Positions 9,370 through 18,666 of a stretch of 64,000 bases of DNA are shown here, piece by piece. Position 1 is the first letter of the stretch. The number at the start of each line of letters is the position of its first letter. This DNA comes from a virus, in the IMG/VR virus record IMGVR_UViG_3300045988_162372; one strand, given 5' to 3'. The translations under genes were made by a program, and so were the position numbers. The notes below the pieces were generated by a model. That model was not told where the DNA came from. It was given only the letters and a program-made list of their open reading frames with translations, and did no database searches.

Positions 9370-9785
9370 TAGTATCAGAAGAATTTTTGCTTGAGAAATT
9401 AAAAGGATACAAACAGAAAACTTGGTCAGGACATTGGACTAACAAGGGAAACATCCACTTTATTTTGTGGAATTTGTTAGGAATATTCAACGGACATTAT
9501 AATGTGGTTGTTAATCCAGAAACCTTTGAATATCGAGTTAAAAAGCATAGTGAATATGGTAATCTTGTTTCATACCTACCAACACAAGAAACAACCGTTT
9601 GGACAAAAGAAAATATGTCACAAGAACAAATAGATTATATTGAGCCTTGTATTGCCAAAACTTTGTATGATTTGCTATACCCTTCGATTTTTTCTTATAA
9701 TACAAAAGAAGGTTATTCCCAATGGTTATCCAATCTTCTTGTGGATGATGATACGTTTGAATTTACCTGGAAATGGCGAGAATAA
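9366..9785 (+). CDS. Hypothetical protein
   Basis: 139-aa ATG ORF, translationally coupled. Confidence 0.55.
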   Translation: MIVSEEFLLEKLKGYKQKTWSGHWTNKGNIHFILWNLLGIFNGHYNVVVNPETFEYRVKKHSEYGNLVSYLPTQETTVWTKENMSQEQIDYIEPCIAKTLYDLLYPSIFSYNTKEGYSQWLSNLLVDDDTFEFTWKWRE

Positions 9786-9802
9786 ATTAAAAAATATAAA
9801 AT

Positions 9803-10489
9803 ATGGAATATACTCTTGAAACAAGTTCAGAAACTTTTATTAATAAAATAAAAAAATTTCTTCATTATGGAAACATAATGATAGATTTGGAAACATTGTC
9901 TACCAGAACCAATGCATCCATAATAAGCGTTGCTGCCGTAGAATTTGGATTAAATGGTGATACTGGCAGGGAAATGATATTAAAAATCAAACCATCAGAA
10001 TGGGGAAAATATGATAGACATATTGATGGTAATACAATCGCATGGTGGATGGGACAAGATGCAGAGGCTGTTAAAAACCTTTTTGCAAAGGACGGGGAAG
10101 ATTTCACGTTGCTTGATGCCTTATCTCATTTGTCTGATTTTGTAAAAGAATGTGATATGCCTATACCAATTACGCAAGAACAAGAAATGACTGCCAGTTT
10201 TATGAGCAGTTTCAGATACAGTGATGTAAAAGACAAAAGGATTAAAGTATGGGGAAATGGTTCTACAATGGATATTACAATTCTTCAATCTGCTTATGAG
10301 TATTTCAATATGCAGATACCGTGGCAATATTGGGCTGTAAATGATGTGCGTACTATTGTGGATTTAAACCCTGAAATTAAAAAGAACTGTACTTTTGAAG
10401 GTGTGAAACATAATCCTATTGACGATTGTAATTATCAGATTAAATATATGACTGAAACAATTAAAAATATTAGAGAAAATAGATATTAA
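9803..10489 (+). CDS. DEDD-family 3'-5' exonuclease (DnaQ/exoribonuclease-like)
   Basis: MIDLETLS (Exo I), WGNGSTMDI (Exo II) and HNPIDDC (Exo III, DEDDh). Confidence 0.75.
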   Translation: MEYTLETSSETFINKIKKFLHYGNIMIDLETLSTRTNASIISVAAVEFGLNGDTGREMILKIKPSEWGKYDRHIDGNTIAWWMGQDAEAVKNLFAKDGEDFTLLDALSHLSDFVKECDMPIPITQEQEMTASFMSSFRYSDVKDKRIKVWGNGSTMDITILQSAYEYFNMQIPWQYWAVNDVRTIVDLNPEIKKNCTFEGVKHNPIDDCNYQIKYMTETIKNIRENRY

Positions 10490-10545
10490 TTTTTTTTACA
10501 AAAATTATATGTTGAAAATATTTTCGCATTAAAAAATTTAAAAAT

Positions 10546-10983
10546 ATGGCACTTTTGAAACTTATAGTTTATGCATTGTTAATTTGTACTGGGGTAATAG
10601 GGTTAATTTGCTTCGGATACTATTTATTATTCATCTTAAAAACTAATTTCGCAGAAACAAGAAAATATTTGGATCAATTTCCTGATAAATTTAAAAATTA
10701 TACTGATGAATATCATTCTTATTGTAATGGTGATATTCTAATACACTTATATGATAATAGGGATACAAAACGTTTGTACAATAGATATACAGTTACGATT
10801 GAATATAATTTATTGGGTTACATTATATATAATGATGCTATTAATATAATACGAGTACCGTATCCGTTTTTCAAAAAGGAAAGAAAGTGGCTTAATAATT
10901 TATTTAGACAAAAATATGAAAGAGTTAAAAAGCAAGAGATGAAAGAAATGAACAAATTAATAGAAGTAATGAAAAATAATTAG
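10546..10983 (+). CDS. Hypothetical membrane-anchored protein
   Basis: N-terminal hydrophobic helix LLKLIVYALLICTGVIGLICFGYYLLFIL; ends with TAG. Confidence 0.55.
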   Translation: MALLKLIVYALLICTGVIGLICFGYYLLFILKTNFAETRKYLDQFPDKFKNYTDEYHSYCNGDILIHLYDNRDTKRLYNRYTVTIEYNLLGYIIYNDAINIIRVPYPFFKKERKWLNNLFRQKYERVKKQEMKEMNKLIEVMKNN

Positions 10984-10987
10984 AAAT

Positions 10988-11215
10988 ATGGAAAAGAAAG
11001 AACTAAACGAACACAATGAGTGTTATTATTGCAAACTCATGTACCGTATTCCTGGTGATGCGCATATTGGTTGTAAGAAGTTTTGTGAAGGTAATAAATT
11101 TAATGCACATGGCATTAGATGTGGATGGGTCGTAATTATGCCGATGCTTGACCTTTGCAATTTTGATCCTGTGTGGAAAGAAACCATGTGTCCGAATTTT
11201 GAAGAAAATAAATAA
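10988..11215 (+). CDS. Hypothetical Cys-rich protein
   Basis: 75-aa ORF with 8 Cys, including CYYC. Confidence 0.45.
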   Translation: MEKKELNEHNECYYCKLMYRIPGDAHIGCKKFCEGNKFNAHGIRCGWVVIMPMLDLCNFDPVWKETMCPNFEENK

Positions 11216-11235
11216 AACATTAAAATCATACAAAC

Positions 11236-11826
11236 ATGAAAAAGTTAAAAGAATGTTATAATTTGTATATTAACGAATGTATTGATAAAGATGCACTTAA
11301 AAGTCTGAATGAAGATATTATCAAGTATACAACGGAGATTGAGGAGATTTTATGTGAAAATGAGAATGAATTAAGAAGTTGTGGATATCCTATTCCAGAT
11401 AGAAATAATGTCACTAAACCTATTTTCTATCTTCACATAAATACTTTTGGCGGTTCTGTATATGACGGTCTTGGAATATACAACATCATCAGGAAATTGT
11501 CAGAAGATTATAAAGTCATCGCCTATTGTCGTGGCTATATCATGTCTATGGGTATTCCTATTATCCTTGCTGCGACAGAACGTTATTCATACCCTGATAC
11601 CACGTTTATGATACATGAAATAAGTAGTTTCTATTGGGGGAAATTGACTGAGGCAAAAGAAAACCTGCAAGAAATTGAACGTCTAAACAAAGCTATATGT
11701 GATATTATTGTTAGACACACTTCAATTACACAAGATATGTTGGATGATTGGTATAAACATAAGAAAGATGTGTTTATGTCGGCACAACAAGCACTTGATT
11801 ATAAGTTGATTGATAAAATACTCTAA
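11236..11826 (+). CDS. ClpP-family (S14) serine protease
   Basis: INTFGGSVYDGLGIYN, CRGYIMSMGIPI (catalytic Ser context) and TFMIHE (His) match the ClpP fold order. Confidence 0.75.
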   Translation: MKKLKECYNLYINECIDKDALKSLNEDIIKYTTEIEEILCENENELRSCGYPIPDRNNVTKPIFYLHINTFGGSVYDGLGIYNIIRKLSEDYKVIAYCRGYIMSMGIPIILAATERYSYPDTTFMIHEISSFYWGKLTEAKENLQEIERLNKAICDIIVRHTSITQDMLDDWYKHKKDVFMSAQQALDYKLIDKIL

Positions 11827-11854
11827 TCAGTTATATTTTTTTAACGAAATATAT

Positions 11855-11885
11855 TTTGGTATAATTCTCTAATGTTGTACATTTG
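11855..11885 (+). promoter_or_regulatory. Bacteroidota-type promoter
   Basis: ATATTTTGG with TTTG at 11855-11858, a 19-nt gap, then TACATTTG at 11878-11885, upstream of the ATG at 11922. Confidence 0.7.
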
Positions 11886-11921
11886 CAATGTGAATAATAA
11901 AATACATATTGTAAATTAAAA

Positions 11922-12161
11922 ATGGAAAACAATGTTAGAGAATTTTTGGTATTGGAAGGTTATACAAATGATTTGTTGATGATAAATTCTTCAGGCTCAA
12001 TGAAAATGACAAGACTTATCAAGCTTGACCCAAACAATAAAGAATTGGATGAAGAAATTGTGGATATTGCTGTTACATCAACAAATGAATATGGAACGCA
12101 TCCGTTATTTGATGAGTTGCTTGGAAAGAAAATAAGATTAAAGGTAGAAATTTTGAAATAA
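11922..12161 (+). CDS. Hypothetical protein
   Basis: 79-aa ATG ORF behind a promoter. Confidence 0.55.
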   Translation: MENNVREFLVLEGYTNDLLMINSSGSMKMTRLIKLDPNNKELDEEIVDIAVTSTNEYGTHPLFDELLGKKIRLKVEILK

Positions 12162-12176
12162 TAAAAAGAGAATTGA

Positions 12177-13043
12177 ATGGCAATAAACCTTTTAAAAATT
12201 AACGCAGAAGCCGTACTATGTACGGGTGATTTGCATGGAAACCTGAATAGCATTGGATACCAGATTAAACAGTTTGGTATCCAAAATTCAGTTCTGATAT
12301 GTTGTGGGGATATTGGATTAGGCTTTAATAAGTTGGAATATTATAAACAATACTTGAATAAGTTGAAGAAGGTATTGACCAAATATAATGATTATGTCAT
12401 TCTTCTTAGGGGTAATCATGATGATAAGGCGTATTTCGACAATAAGCTCATTAATGATAAAAGGATTAAGGCGGTTTCTGATTATACAATAGTGCAGGTA
12501 TATCCTATGGATGATACAGAATGCCTTTCTCTTCCATACAATGTGTTATGTGTCGGTGGAGCTACCTCAATTGACAGAATGCACAGAATTAGTGTAAACA
12601 ACAAACTGTTGATGGAATATTCCAAACATCATAATATGGAAACTTTGGAGGAAGCAAAAAAGAATTGTCTGAAATGTTATTGGGAAGACGAAGCACCTGT
12701 ATATGATGAAGAGACACTGAATGAGATTAAGGAACAAGGAATTACCATTGATGCTGTAACAACACATACTTGTCCATCTTTCTGTCAACCATTGACTAAG
12801 GATGGCATTCGATATTGGATGCAGTTTGACACTAATCTTGAAAAAGATATTGACAATGAACGCAACGTGATGGATAAACTTTATGATAAGTTGATAGAGG
12901 ATAAACACCCATTATCTGTATGGTGTTATGGCCATTATCATTATCATCATAATGACAGTATTAATGGAATAAGATATTACCTCCTTGATATGGAGAGAAA
13001 TGGAAAGATGGATATAATAACGATATATAAAAGTGGAAAATAA
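12177..13043 (+). CDS. Metallophosphoesterase (Ser/Thr-phosphatase-like)
   Basis: Motifs GDLHGN, CCGDIGLG, LRGNHDD and YGHYHYHH. Confidence 0.75.
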   Translation: MAINLLKINAEAVLCTGDLHGNLNSIGYQIKQFGIQNSVLICCGDIGLGFNKLEYYKQYLNKLKKVLTKYNDYVILLRGNHDDKAYFDNKLINDKRIKAVSDYTIVQVYPMDDTECLSLPYNVLCVGGATSIDRMHRISVNNKLLMEYSKHHNMETLEEAKKNCLKCYWEDEAPVYDEETLNEIKEQGITIDAVTTHTCPSFCQPLTKDGIRYWMQFDTNLEKDIDNERNVMDKLYDKLIEDKHPLSVWCYGHYHYHHNDSINGIRYYLLDMERNGKMDIITIYKSGK

Positions 13044-13347
13044 GATAGATTATAAAGAACAAATATTTCAGTTAAAGCATTTGCATCAACAAACAGGACA
13101 AGTAATTGATAAAATGTCGTTGTTGGAAATAGATGCAGAACATATGTATGCAAGAAACATTCTTTATCTATTATTTTCAATAATGAGGAAGAATTTGAAT
13201 ACATTGGATGAGTTTTTGCAAATACTAAATGACATAGAACATGAACAAGAGGAAGGACATAAACTTATCAAACGAATATACTCTAAAACTTGGTTCGCAA
13301 ATTCTTCTGGGATAGAAATTTCAAATGATAACGAGACAAAAACTTAA
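13033..13347 (+). CDS. Hypothetical protein
   Basis: GTG start overlapping the upstream end; start uncertain. Confidence 0.45.
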   Translation: MENKIDYKEQIFQLKHLHQQTGQVIDKMSLLEIDAEHMYARNILYLLFSIMRKNLNTLDEFLQILNDIEHEQEEGHKLIKRIYSKTWFANSSGIEISNDNETKT

Positions 13348-13353
13348 TATATA

Positions 13354-13887
13354 ATGAAAGGAATAATTGCAATAAAAAATATATCGGATGTAATCACAAA
13401 TTCTTCAAGCGAAGTGTTTATGTTACAAACTGATGGTGTCATTAAAGGTATTAAAAATAACATTGAAAAATATCACAATGAACATATGTGGTATCACAAC
13501 GATTTTTCTGAACTTCCTGATGATATTAAACAGCTATTAGGCGGTGAGGATATTTTAAATGAAGCGGAAAAAATGCTCAATGAATCTTCTGGCGAAGGTG
13601 GAGAAATTAACATTTATGATTGGGAGGACGCATATAACGGATATTGCAAAATATACAAAAAACATTCCAAGAGTTTCACACCCGAACAGTGGGCAAAAAA
13701 AATTGATATACCATTGGAAGAATTGAAGAAAATCATTGTGGTTGATGTGGATTGGGCAGCTAAAAGTACTATCTCCATGTTAAAAGAACGTTATAATGTT
13801 GTCTTTGAAGGAGATATTTATTACGAATCAAAATATAGTGATGCCTTTGCGTATGCTTCCTATGCTAACGGAGAAAACTATCTATAA
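13354..13887 (+). CDS. ITNSS-motif paralog family protein (member 1 of 5)
   Basis: N-terminus is IKNISDVITNSSSEVFML, a motif shared with the ORFs at 16231, 17823, 18242 and 18667. Confidence 0.7.
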   Translation: MKGIIAIKNISDVITNSSSEVFMLQTDGVIKGIKNNIEKYHNEHMWYHNDFSELPDDIKQLLGGEDILNEAEKMLNESSGEGGEINIYDWEDAYNGYCKIYKKHSKSFTPEQWAKKIDIPLEELKKIIVVDVDWAAKSTISMLKERYNVVFEGDIYYESKYSDAFAYASYANGENYL

Positions 13888-13902
13888 CAAAAATTTTTGA
13901 AT

Positions 13903-14580
13903 ATGAAACACTACGATTCTATTCCAAGTATCAAAGAGGACAAATCTTTGGTCGGAGAAAATATTTTTGCTTTTAATAAATTGGACGGACAAAACTTCTG
14001 TGCAAAATATTCTCCAAAAGTGAATGAATTTACAATGTTTGGCAGTAGAACACAAAATGTGGATGAAACTTCCGAACAATTCGGAGATGCTGTTAGATAT
14101 TTCAAAGCTAACTTGGAGACACCGTTGAAAGAAGTTATTAAAAATAACAAAGGGAAAAATCAAATCTTTCATGGTATTGAAGAGATAACATTTTTCTTTG
14201 AATGGTATGGTGAGCATAGTTTTGCTGGTTTTCATCAGCCTAATGAAACATTAAAACTTGCATTAATAGATGTTTTTTTGAAAAAGAAAGGTTATATTGA
14301 GCCTAAAATATTTGTTGATATATTCTATGATAATCCATCAATAGAAACACCATTATTGGTATATAGTGGAAAATTGACAAATGATTTCATAAAGGCAATT
14401 CAAGAAAATGACTATACAGAAGCAAATTGTAACTTAAATGAGGTAAAAGAAGGCGTTGTCTGCAAACGTTCAACACTTCTGAAAGGGCAAAGACTTCCAA
14501 TGGTAAAGATTAAAACACAATGGTGGCTTGATAAATTGCATAGCACATTCTCAGAAGAACAATGCAAGAAATTAGAATAA
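13903..14580 (+). CDS. ATP-dependent RNA ligase (small, Rnl-type nucleotidyltransferase)
   Basis: FNKLDGQNF (motif I, KxDG), FFFEWYGE (III), EGVVCK (IV) and VKIKT (V). The track start 13897 is TTG; the ATG is at 13903. Confidence 0.7.
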   Translation: MKHYDSIPSIKEDKSLVGENIFAFNKLDGQNFCAKYSPKVNEFTMFGSRTQNVDETSEQFGDAVRYFKANLETPLKEVIKNNKGKNQIFHGIEEITFFFEWYGEHSFAGFHQPNETLKLALIDVFLKKKGYIEPKIFVDIFYDNPSIETPLLVYSGKLTNDFIKAIQENDYTEANCNLNEVKEGVVCKRSTLLKGQRLPMVKIKTQWWLDKLHSTFSEEQCKKLE

Positions 14581-14622
14581 GATAATAAAAAGGATTTATT
14601 AACAATTAAAATTGAATATAAT

Positions 14623-16167
14623 ATGACAAAAGAAATTTTCACGCTGTCAGAAAATGCGAAACTGGAATATTCTTGTACAGTAGTTCAAATTGGGGAAGTA
14701 AAACCTGTTGAAGGTTCAGACTTTCTTGGTTCAACACTAGTAAATGGTAATCCTATAGTTGTGCGCAAAGACCAAATCAAGGAGGGTGATATAATGATAT
14801 ATGCCCCTATTGAAACTGTGCTTAACAAACAATTTCTCTCTGTAAACAACCTATTTGAAATTGGAGAAAAAGAACTGAATTCAAATTTTAAGGAAGTTCA
14901 AGCACTTATCAATGAGGGAAAGAAAGAAGATGCTAAGAAAAAGGTGGGCTTCTTTAATAAGCATGGTCGTGTGAAGCTTATCCGCTTGCGTGGGTGTCCG
15001 TCTATGGGTTTCCTTATTGAAAAGGAGTCACTTGTAAAGTGGAAACCTAAGTTGCAGGACGTTGATTTCTCTCAATACGTGGATAAGGACTTTGATACCA
15101 TTGATGGGGAACTCTTTGTCAAGGTATATGTGCCTTATGTACCACCTATAAGAACAAGGGATAAATCAGCAAAACGAGACAAGAAATTAAAAAGATTTTC
15201 AAGACTTATTGAAGGTGAATTTAAGTTTCATTACGATACACAACAACTTGCTCGTAACATTCATCTGATTAAGCCAGATGATAAAGTGTTAATAACCAAC
15301 AAATTACATGGCACGAGCTTCATTTGCGCTAACATATTGACAAAGAAACCTGTTCAGCTTTCCAACATTCAAAAGCTCTTTAACAAGATGTCTAATAAAA
15401 AGATTAAGAAGTTAAAAAAGCAGAATGCTACTCACTATGCAGATAAGAAAAGATTGGAAAATCAAATCAAGCAGTATGAAAAGATTAAGAGACCTACATA
15501 TACTGTCGGATATGGTAATATCTATTCTTCTCATACTGTCATTAAAAATCAGTATATTAATAGTGGTGTAAATAGTGGCTTCTATGGAGTGGATATTTGG
15601 GGAGTATACGATAAGATTATGAAACCTTATATTCCACAAGGTATGACGTTGTATGGCGAAATCTGCGGTTATCTTGACGCTACTGGCAAGATGATACAGA
15701 AGGGTTACGACTATGGCTGCAAAGTAGGCGAAAATTTTTTGATGCCGTATCGTATCACCACTACAAAAGAAGACCATACTAAGAAGGAATGGACTGTGAA
15801 AGAGGTATATGATTGGACTGTCAAACTCTTGAAAGAACATCCTGAATTAAAAAAGAATGTAAGACCTATTACAATTCTTTACAGTGGTACATTAAAGGAC
15901 TTGTATCCAGAAATTAGTGTTTCTGATCATTGGCATGAGAATGTTCTTGAAACTATGAGAAATGATAAGGAACATTTCGGAATGGAAGAGCTTGAACCTG
16001 AATGTATCAATAAAGTTCCGAGAGAAGGAATTGTCTTGAGAATTATGGAAGACCCTGTGGCTGAGGCATTTAAGTTGAAGAGTTTCCGCTTTCTTGACAG
16101 AGAGAGGTCTGAAATGGACAAGGGACAAGTTGATATGGAAATGGCTGATGCCTACACTGAACAATAA
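14623..16167 (+). CDS. RNA ligase with N-terminal OB-like domain
   Basis: NKLHGTSF (motif I variant), LYGEICG (IIIa), EGIVLR (IV) and FKLKS (V). The N-terminal part is VVQIGEVKPVEGSDFLG... Confidence 0.65.
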   Translation: MTKEIFTLSENAKLEYSCTVVQIGEVKPVEGSDFLGSTLVNGNPIVVRKDQIKEGDIMIYAPIETVLNKQFLSVNNLFEIGEKELNSNFKEVQALINEGKKEDAKKKVGFFNKHGRVKLIRLRGCPSMGFLIEKESLVKWKPKLQDVDFSQYVDKDFDTIDGELFVKVYVPYVPPIRTRDKSAKRDKKLKRFSRLIEGEFKFHYDTQQLARNIHLIKPDDKVLITNKLHGTSFICANILTKKPVQLSNIQKLFNKMSNKKIKKLKKQNATHYADKKRLENQIKQYEKIKRPTYTVGYGNIYSSHTVIKNQYINSGVNSGFYGVDIWGVYDKIMKPYIPQGMTLYGEICGYLDATGKMIQKGYDYGCKVGENFLMPYRITTTKEDHTKKEWTVKEVYDWTVKLLKEHPELKKNVRPITILYSGTLKDLYPEISVSDHWHENVLETMRNDKEHFGMEELEPECINKVPREGIVLRIMEDPVAEAFKLKSFRFLDRERSEMDKGQVDMEMADAYTEQ

Positions 16168-16170
16168 ATA

Positions 16171-16198
16171 AATCCCCACAATACGAAAAGTGGGGATT
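16171..16198 (+). terminator. Stem-loop downstream of the RNA ligase gene
   Basis: AATCCCCAC (16171-16179) pairs with GTGGGGATT (16190-16198) as a 9-bp stem; the U-tract is weak. Confidence 0.5.
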
Positions 16199-16230
16199 TC
16201 AAATATTAAACTCTAAAAATTGTAGAAATT

Positions 16231-16740
16231 ATGAAGAAAATTAACATTAAATCATTGACGGACGTGATTACAAACTCTTCGACAGAGATATTCACAATCT
16301 ATAATAAAGAGGCTGTTAATAAAATCAAACAGATGGTTAATTCTATACTTGCGCTGAGTGACGCTACTTCTAATCTGACATTCGATGACTTGTTTGAGGT
16401 TGATTATCGTCTTTACGATTATGGAACGGGAGAACTTATCATAAATCTTGTAGAAAAACTGAAAGAAAAAGGCTATATAGAACATGCAGAAGCTATCAAT
16501 GCTACCGTTACAACGGAAGAAGAATTGTGGAACTATTCCAAACAAAACAATATCTATGATGTTGTTATGGAAATTATCGAAAAAATTGATGATGATAATT
16601 ACGACGATTACCGTATAATAGATGGTATTCATATCAAAGCCAAAAATAATCCTAATGTGGATAAAGCAAAACTTGACAAGGCGGTTGATATGCTTAATAA
16701 CATCGACCACATCTTTGAACAATACGCTTCTTATTGCTAA
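16231..16740 (+). CDS. ITNSS-motif paralog family protein (member 2 of 5)
   Basis: IKSLTDVITNSSTEIFTI at the N-terminus; acidic C-terminal half. Confidence 0.7.
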   Translation: MKKINIKSLTDVITNSSTEIFTIYNKEAVNKIKQMVNSILALSDATSNLTFDDLFEVDYRLYDYGTGELIINLVEKLKEKGYIEHAEAINATVTTEEELWNYSKQNNIYDVVMEIIEKIDDDNYDDYRIIDGIHIKAKNNPNVDKAKLDKAVDMLNNIDHIFEQYASYC

Positions 16741-16745
16741 ATGAC

Positions 16746-16876
16746 AAAATCACAGTGCATTGTGATTTTTGAAGAAATAAGATAATTTTGAAACATTGTT
16801 GAGTATAAAATTCACATTACAGTGTGATTTTGCATTAATTAACGTCAAATATTTGCATATGTCAGATATTTGACGT
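16746..16876 (+). promoter_or_regulatory. Cluster of three inverted repeats in an intergenic region
   Basis: AAAATCACA-N6-TGTGATTTT (16746-16769). TCACA-N6-TGTGA again at about 16812-16827. ACGTCAAATAT-N13-ATATTTGACGT (16842-16876). Confidence 0.5.
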
Positions 16877-16901
16877 ATTTTTGTGTTCAAATAAAAGGAT
16901 T

Positions 16902-17162
16902 ATGATTAAGAAGAATAAAGGATTGAGAAATGCAATAAAAAAAGCGGAAGAGAAATATTGTGAAGCATCTTCTGCATTGCAGTTGATAAAACAATATGTA
17001 GTGTTTCAAGGGTTTGATGATGAAACGCCTGAAATATCTATTGCCTCTGGTGATGAAATAATTGCATTGTATAAAGGAAGAGAAATTGATAGAAACGGAA
17101 TAATAGACCTTATGGAAATACGAGGTTTTATCACACCCGAAGATTTTGGATTTTACAATTAA
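16902..17162 (+). CDS. Hypothetical protein
   Basis: First ATG in the ORF 16881..17162. Confidence 0.5.
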   Translation: MIKKNKGLRNAIKKAEEKYCEASSALQLIKQYVVFQGFDDETPEISIASGDEIIALYKGREIDRNGIIDLMEIRGFITPEDFGFYN

Positions 17163-17181
17163 CAAAAGAATATGAAAGATT

Positions 17182-17523
17182 ATGCTGAGATTATTCAATT
17201 ACAAAGAAACAAACTTAAATCATCTGGTACATGAACTTCAACGAGAAAAAGTCATTGAAGGATATGTATCTTGGGAACGATTAGATAGGTTTAATGATAA
17301 CCATGACTATCAAATCTTAGAATGGGATAAATTTAGAAAGGAAAGAAAGGTATCTTTTTGGTGGAAATGTACAACCATCTTCTTTTTCATCTATTATCTT
17401 TTGGTGTTGATATATTGTTTGTTAAAACTATTGTTCACTGGTAGTTTCTATATATCAACTCAAAGCACATTGGGAAAAATACAAATGAAATGGGCTGATA
17501 AAATTAAATTTGATATCGCATGA
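17182..17523 (+). CDS. Hypothetical membrane protein
   Basis: Hydrophobic segment WWKCTTIFFFIYYLLVLIYCLLKLLF. Confidence 0.5.
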   Translation: MLRLFNYKETNLNHLVHELQREKVIEGYVSWERLDRFNDNHDYQILEWDKFRKERKVSFWWKCTTIFFFIYYLLVLIYCLLKLLFTGSFYISTQSTLGKIQMKWADKIKFDIA

Positions 17524-17822
17524 AATACAGGCTACCAAGAAAATTAAAGAAAGCTGTCAAGAAATGTATTATCATTTCTGGCGTTGATACGAATTCTAAA
17601 CTGACCACAATTAGGGTAGTCGGTAATGTCAAATATGTCGGAAGACATACAAAATATACTAAAAAGGCAATTAGAATTCTTAGACAAAGAGATTATGACG
17701 CATTCCATAAACGATTAGTAAACATTTTAAAAAATTCATACGCTAAAAGTATAAATAAAGAAAATTTAAAATTTTCAAAGGTTTTGTATGATTGGGATAT
17801 TATTATCAGGGAGAAAAATTAA
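17520..17822 (+). CDS. Hypothetical basic protein
   Basis: ATGA overlap with the upstream gene; K/R-rich. Confidence 0.5.
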   Translation: MKYRLPRKLKKAVKKCIIISGVDTNSKLTTIRVVGNVKYVGRHTKYTKKAIRILRQRDYDAFHKRLVNILKNSYAKSINKENLKFSKVLYDWDIIIREKN

Positions 17823-18224
17823 ATGAAAAAGATTATTAAGAACGTATCAGATGTGATTACGAATTCTTCCAGTGAAGTTTTCGTGATGAATAAAGAAGAT
17901 GCTTGTGAAATTGCGCTCTTCGATAAAGACAATGAAACCTATGATTGTATTTCAATTCATAAGATGGATGAGAATTGGGTGAGAACACAAGGAAGTTGGG
18001 AAGCACAAATGATTTGCGACCTTCTTAAAATTAACAATCCATTCAATGAGAATTTCTATCCAGATGAAGATGATTGGTCTGAATTTGTAGATGAACATTT
18101 GGATGATATGAAAGAGAATGTATTTGGAAAATACTACATAGACATTGAAGACCATTTTGCTAATGCGGAAGAAATCCTTGAATTTTCAAGAAGCCATTGT
18201 GAATGGTCTGACTATAGACATTAA
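17823..18224 (+). CDS. ITNSS-motif paralog family protein (member 3 of 5)
   Basis: IKNVSDVITNSSSEVFVMNKEDA; strongly acidic; collinear with member 4. Confidence 0.7.
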   Translation: MKKIIKNVSDVITNSSSEVFVMNKEDACEIALFDKDNETYDCISIHKMDENWVRTQGSWEAQMICDLLKINNPFNENFYPDEDDWSEFVDEHLDDMKENVFGKYYIDIEDHFANAEEILEFSRSHCEWSDYRH

Positions 18225-18241
18225 AAACTAAAATAGAAAAT

Positions 18242-18652
18242 ATGAAACAATGTTTTATAATTAAATCAATCAGTGATATCATTACGAACTCGTCTTCCGA
18301 AGTTTTTGTTTTGAACAAGGAAGATGCAAGATATTTTGCAATACGTTCATTTGATGAAGATACTTGTGATTGTATTTCAGTTACTAAAATGGACTATGGT
18401 TGGATATACGAACTAGGACGTTTTGAGACAGAAATTTTCCAAACATTGCTTGGGATAGCTGACGAGTTATTGTCCAGAGATACTACACCAACAGAAGAAG
18501 AGTGGAATGCTTTTTGTTTGAAATATTCGGATGAAATAGAAGAAAAGGTACTTAACAAATACATTATTGAAATCGAAGATCATTACCTTAATGCAATTGA
18601 AGAAATTGATAAGGCACGTGATAAATGTTTATATTATGAGAACTTACACTAA
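18242..18652 (+). CDS. ITNSS-motif paralog family protein (member 4 of 5)
   Basis: IKSISDIITNSSSEVFVLNKEDA; shares CDCIS..KMD and IEIEDH..NA.EEI blocks with member 3. Confidence 0.7.
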   Translation: MKQCFIIKSISDIITNSSSEVFVLNKEDARYFAIRSFDEDTCDCISVTKMDYGWIYELGRFETEIFQTLLGIADELLSRDTTPTEEEWNAFCLKYSDEIEEKVLNKYIIEIEDHYLNAIEEIDKARDKCLYYENLH

Positions 18653-18666
18653 AAAAAAATATAATT

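Noticed and set aside
9128-9394. Alternative frame ORF overlapping 9106..9369.
   Set aside because: The 9106 frame is translationally coupled at both ends (ATGA overlaps) and gives a typical charged helical protein. The 9128 frame runs into the next gene without coupling.
11236-11826. Interpreting the ClpP-like protease as a prohead maturation protease marking a head-morphogenesis module.
   Set aside because: No portal, scaffold or major-capsid candidates flank it. Its neighbours are small early-type genes, so it is annotated only as a ClpP-family protease.
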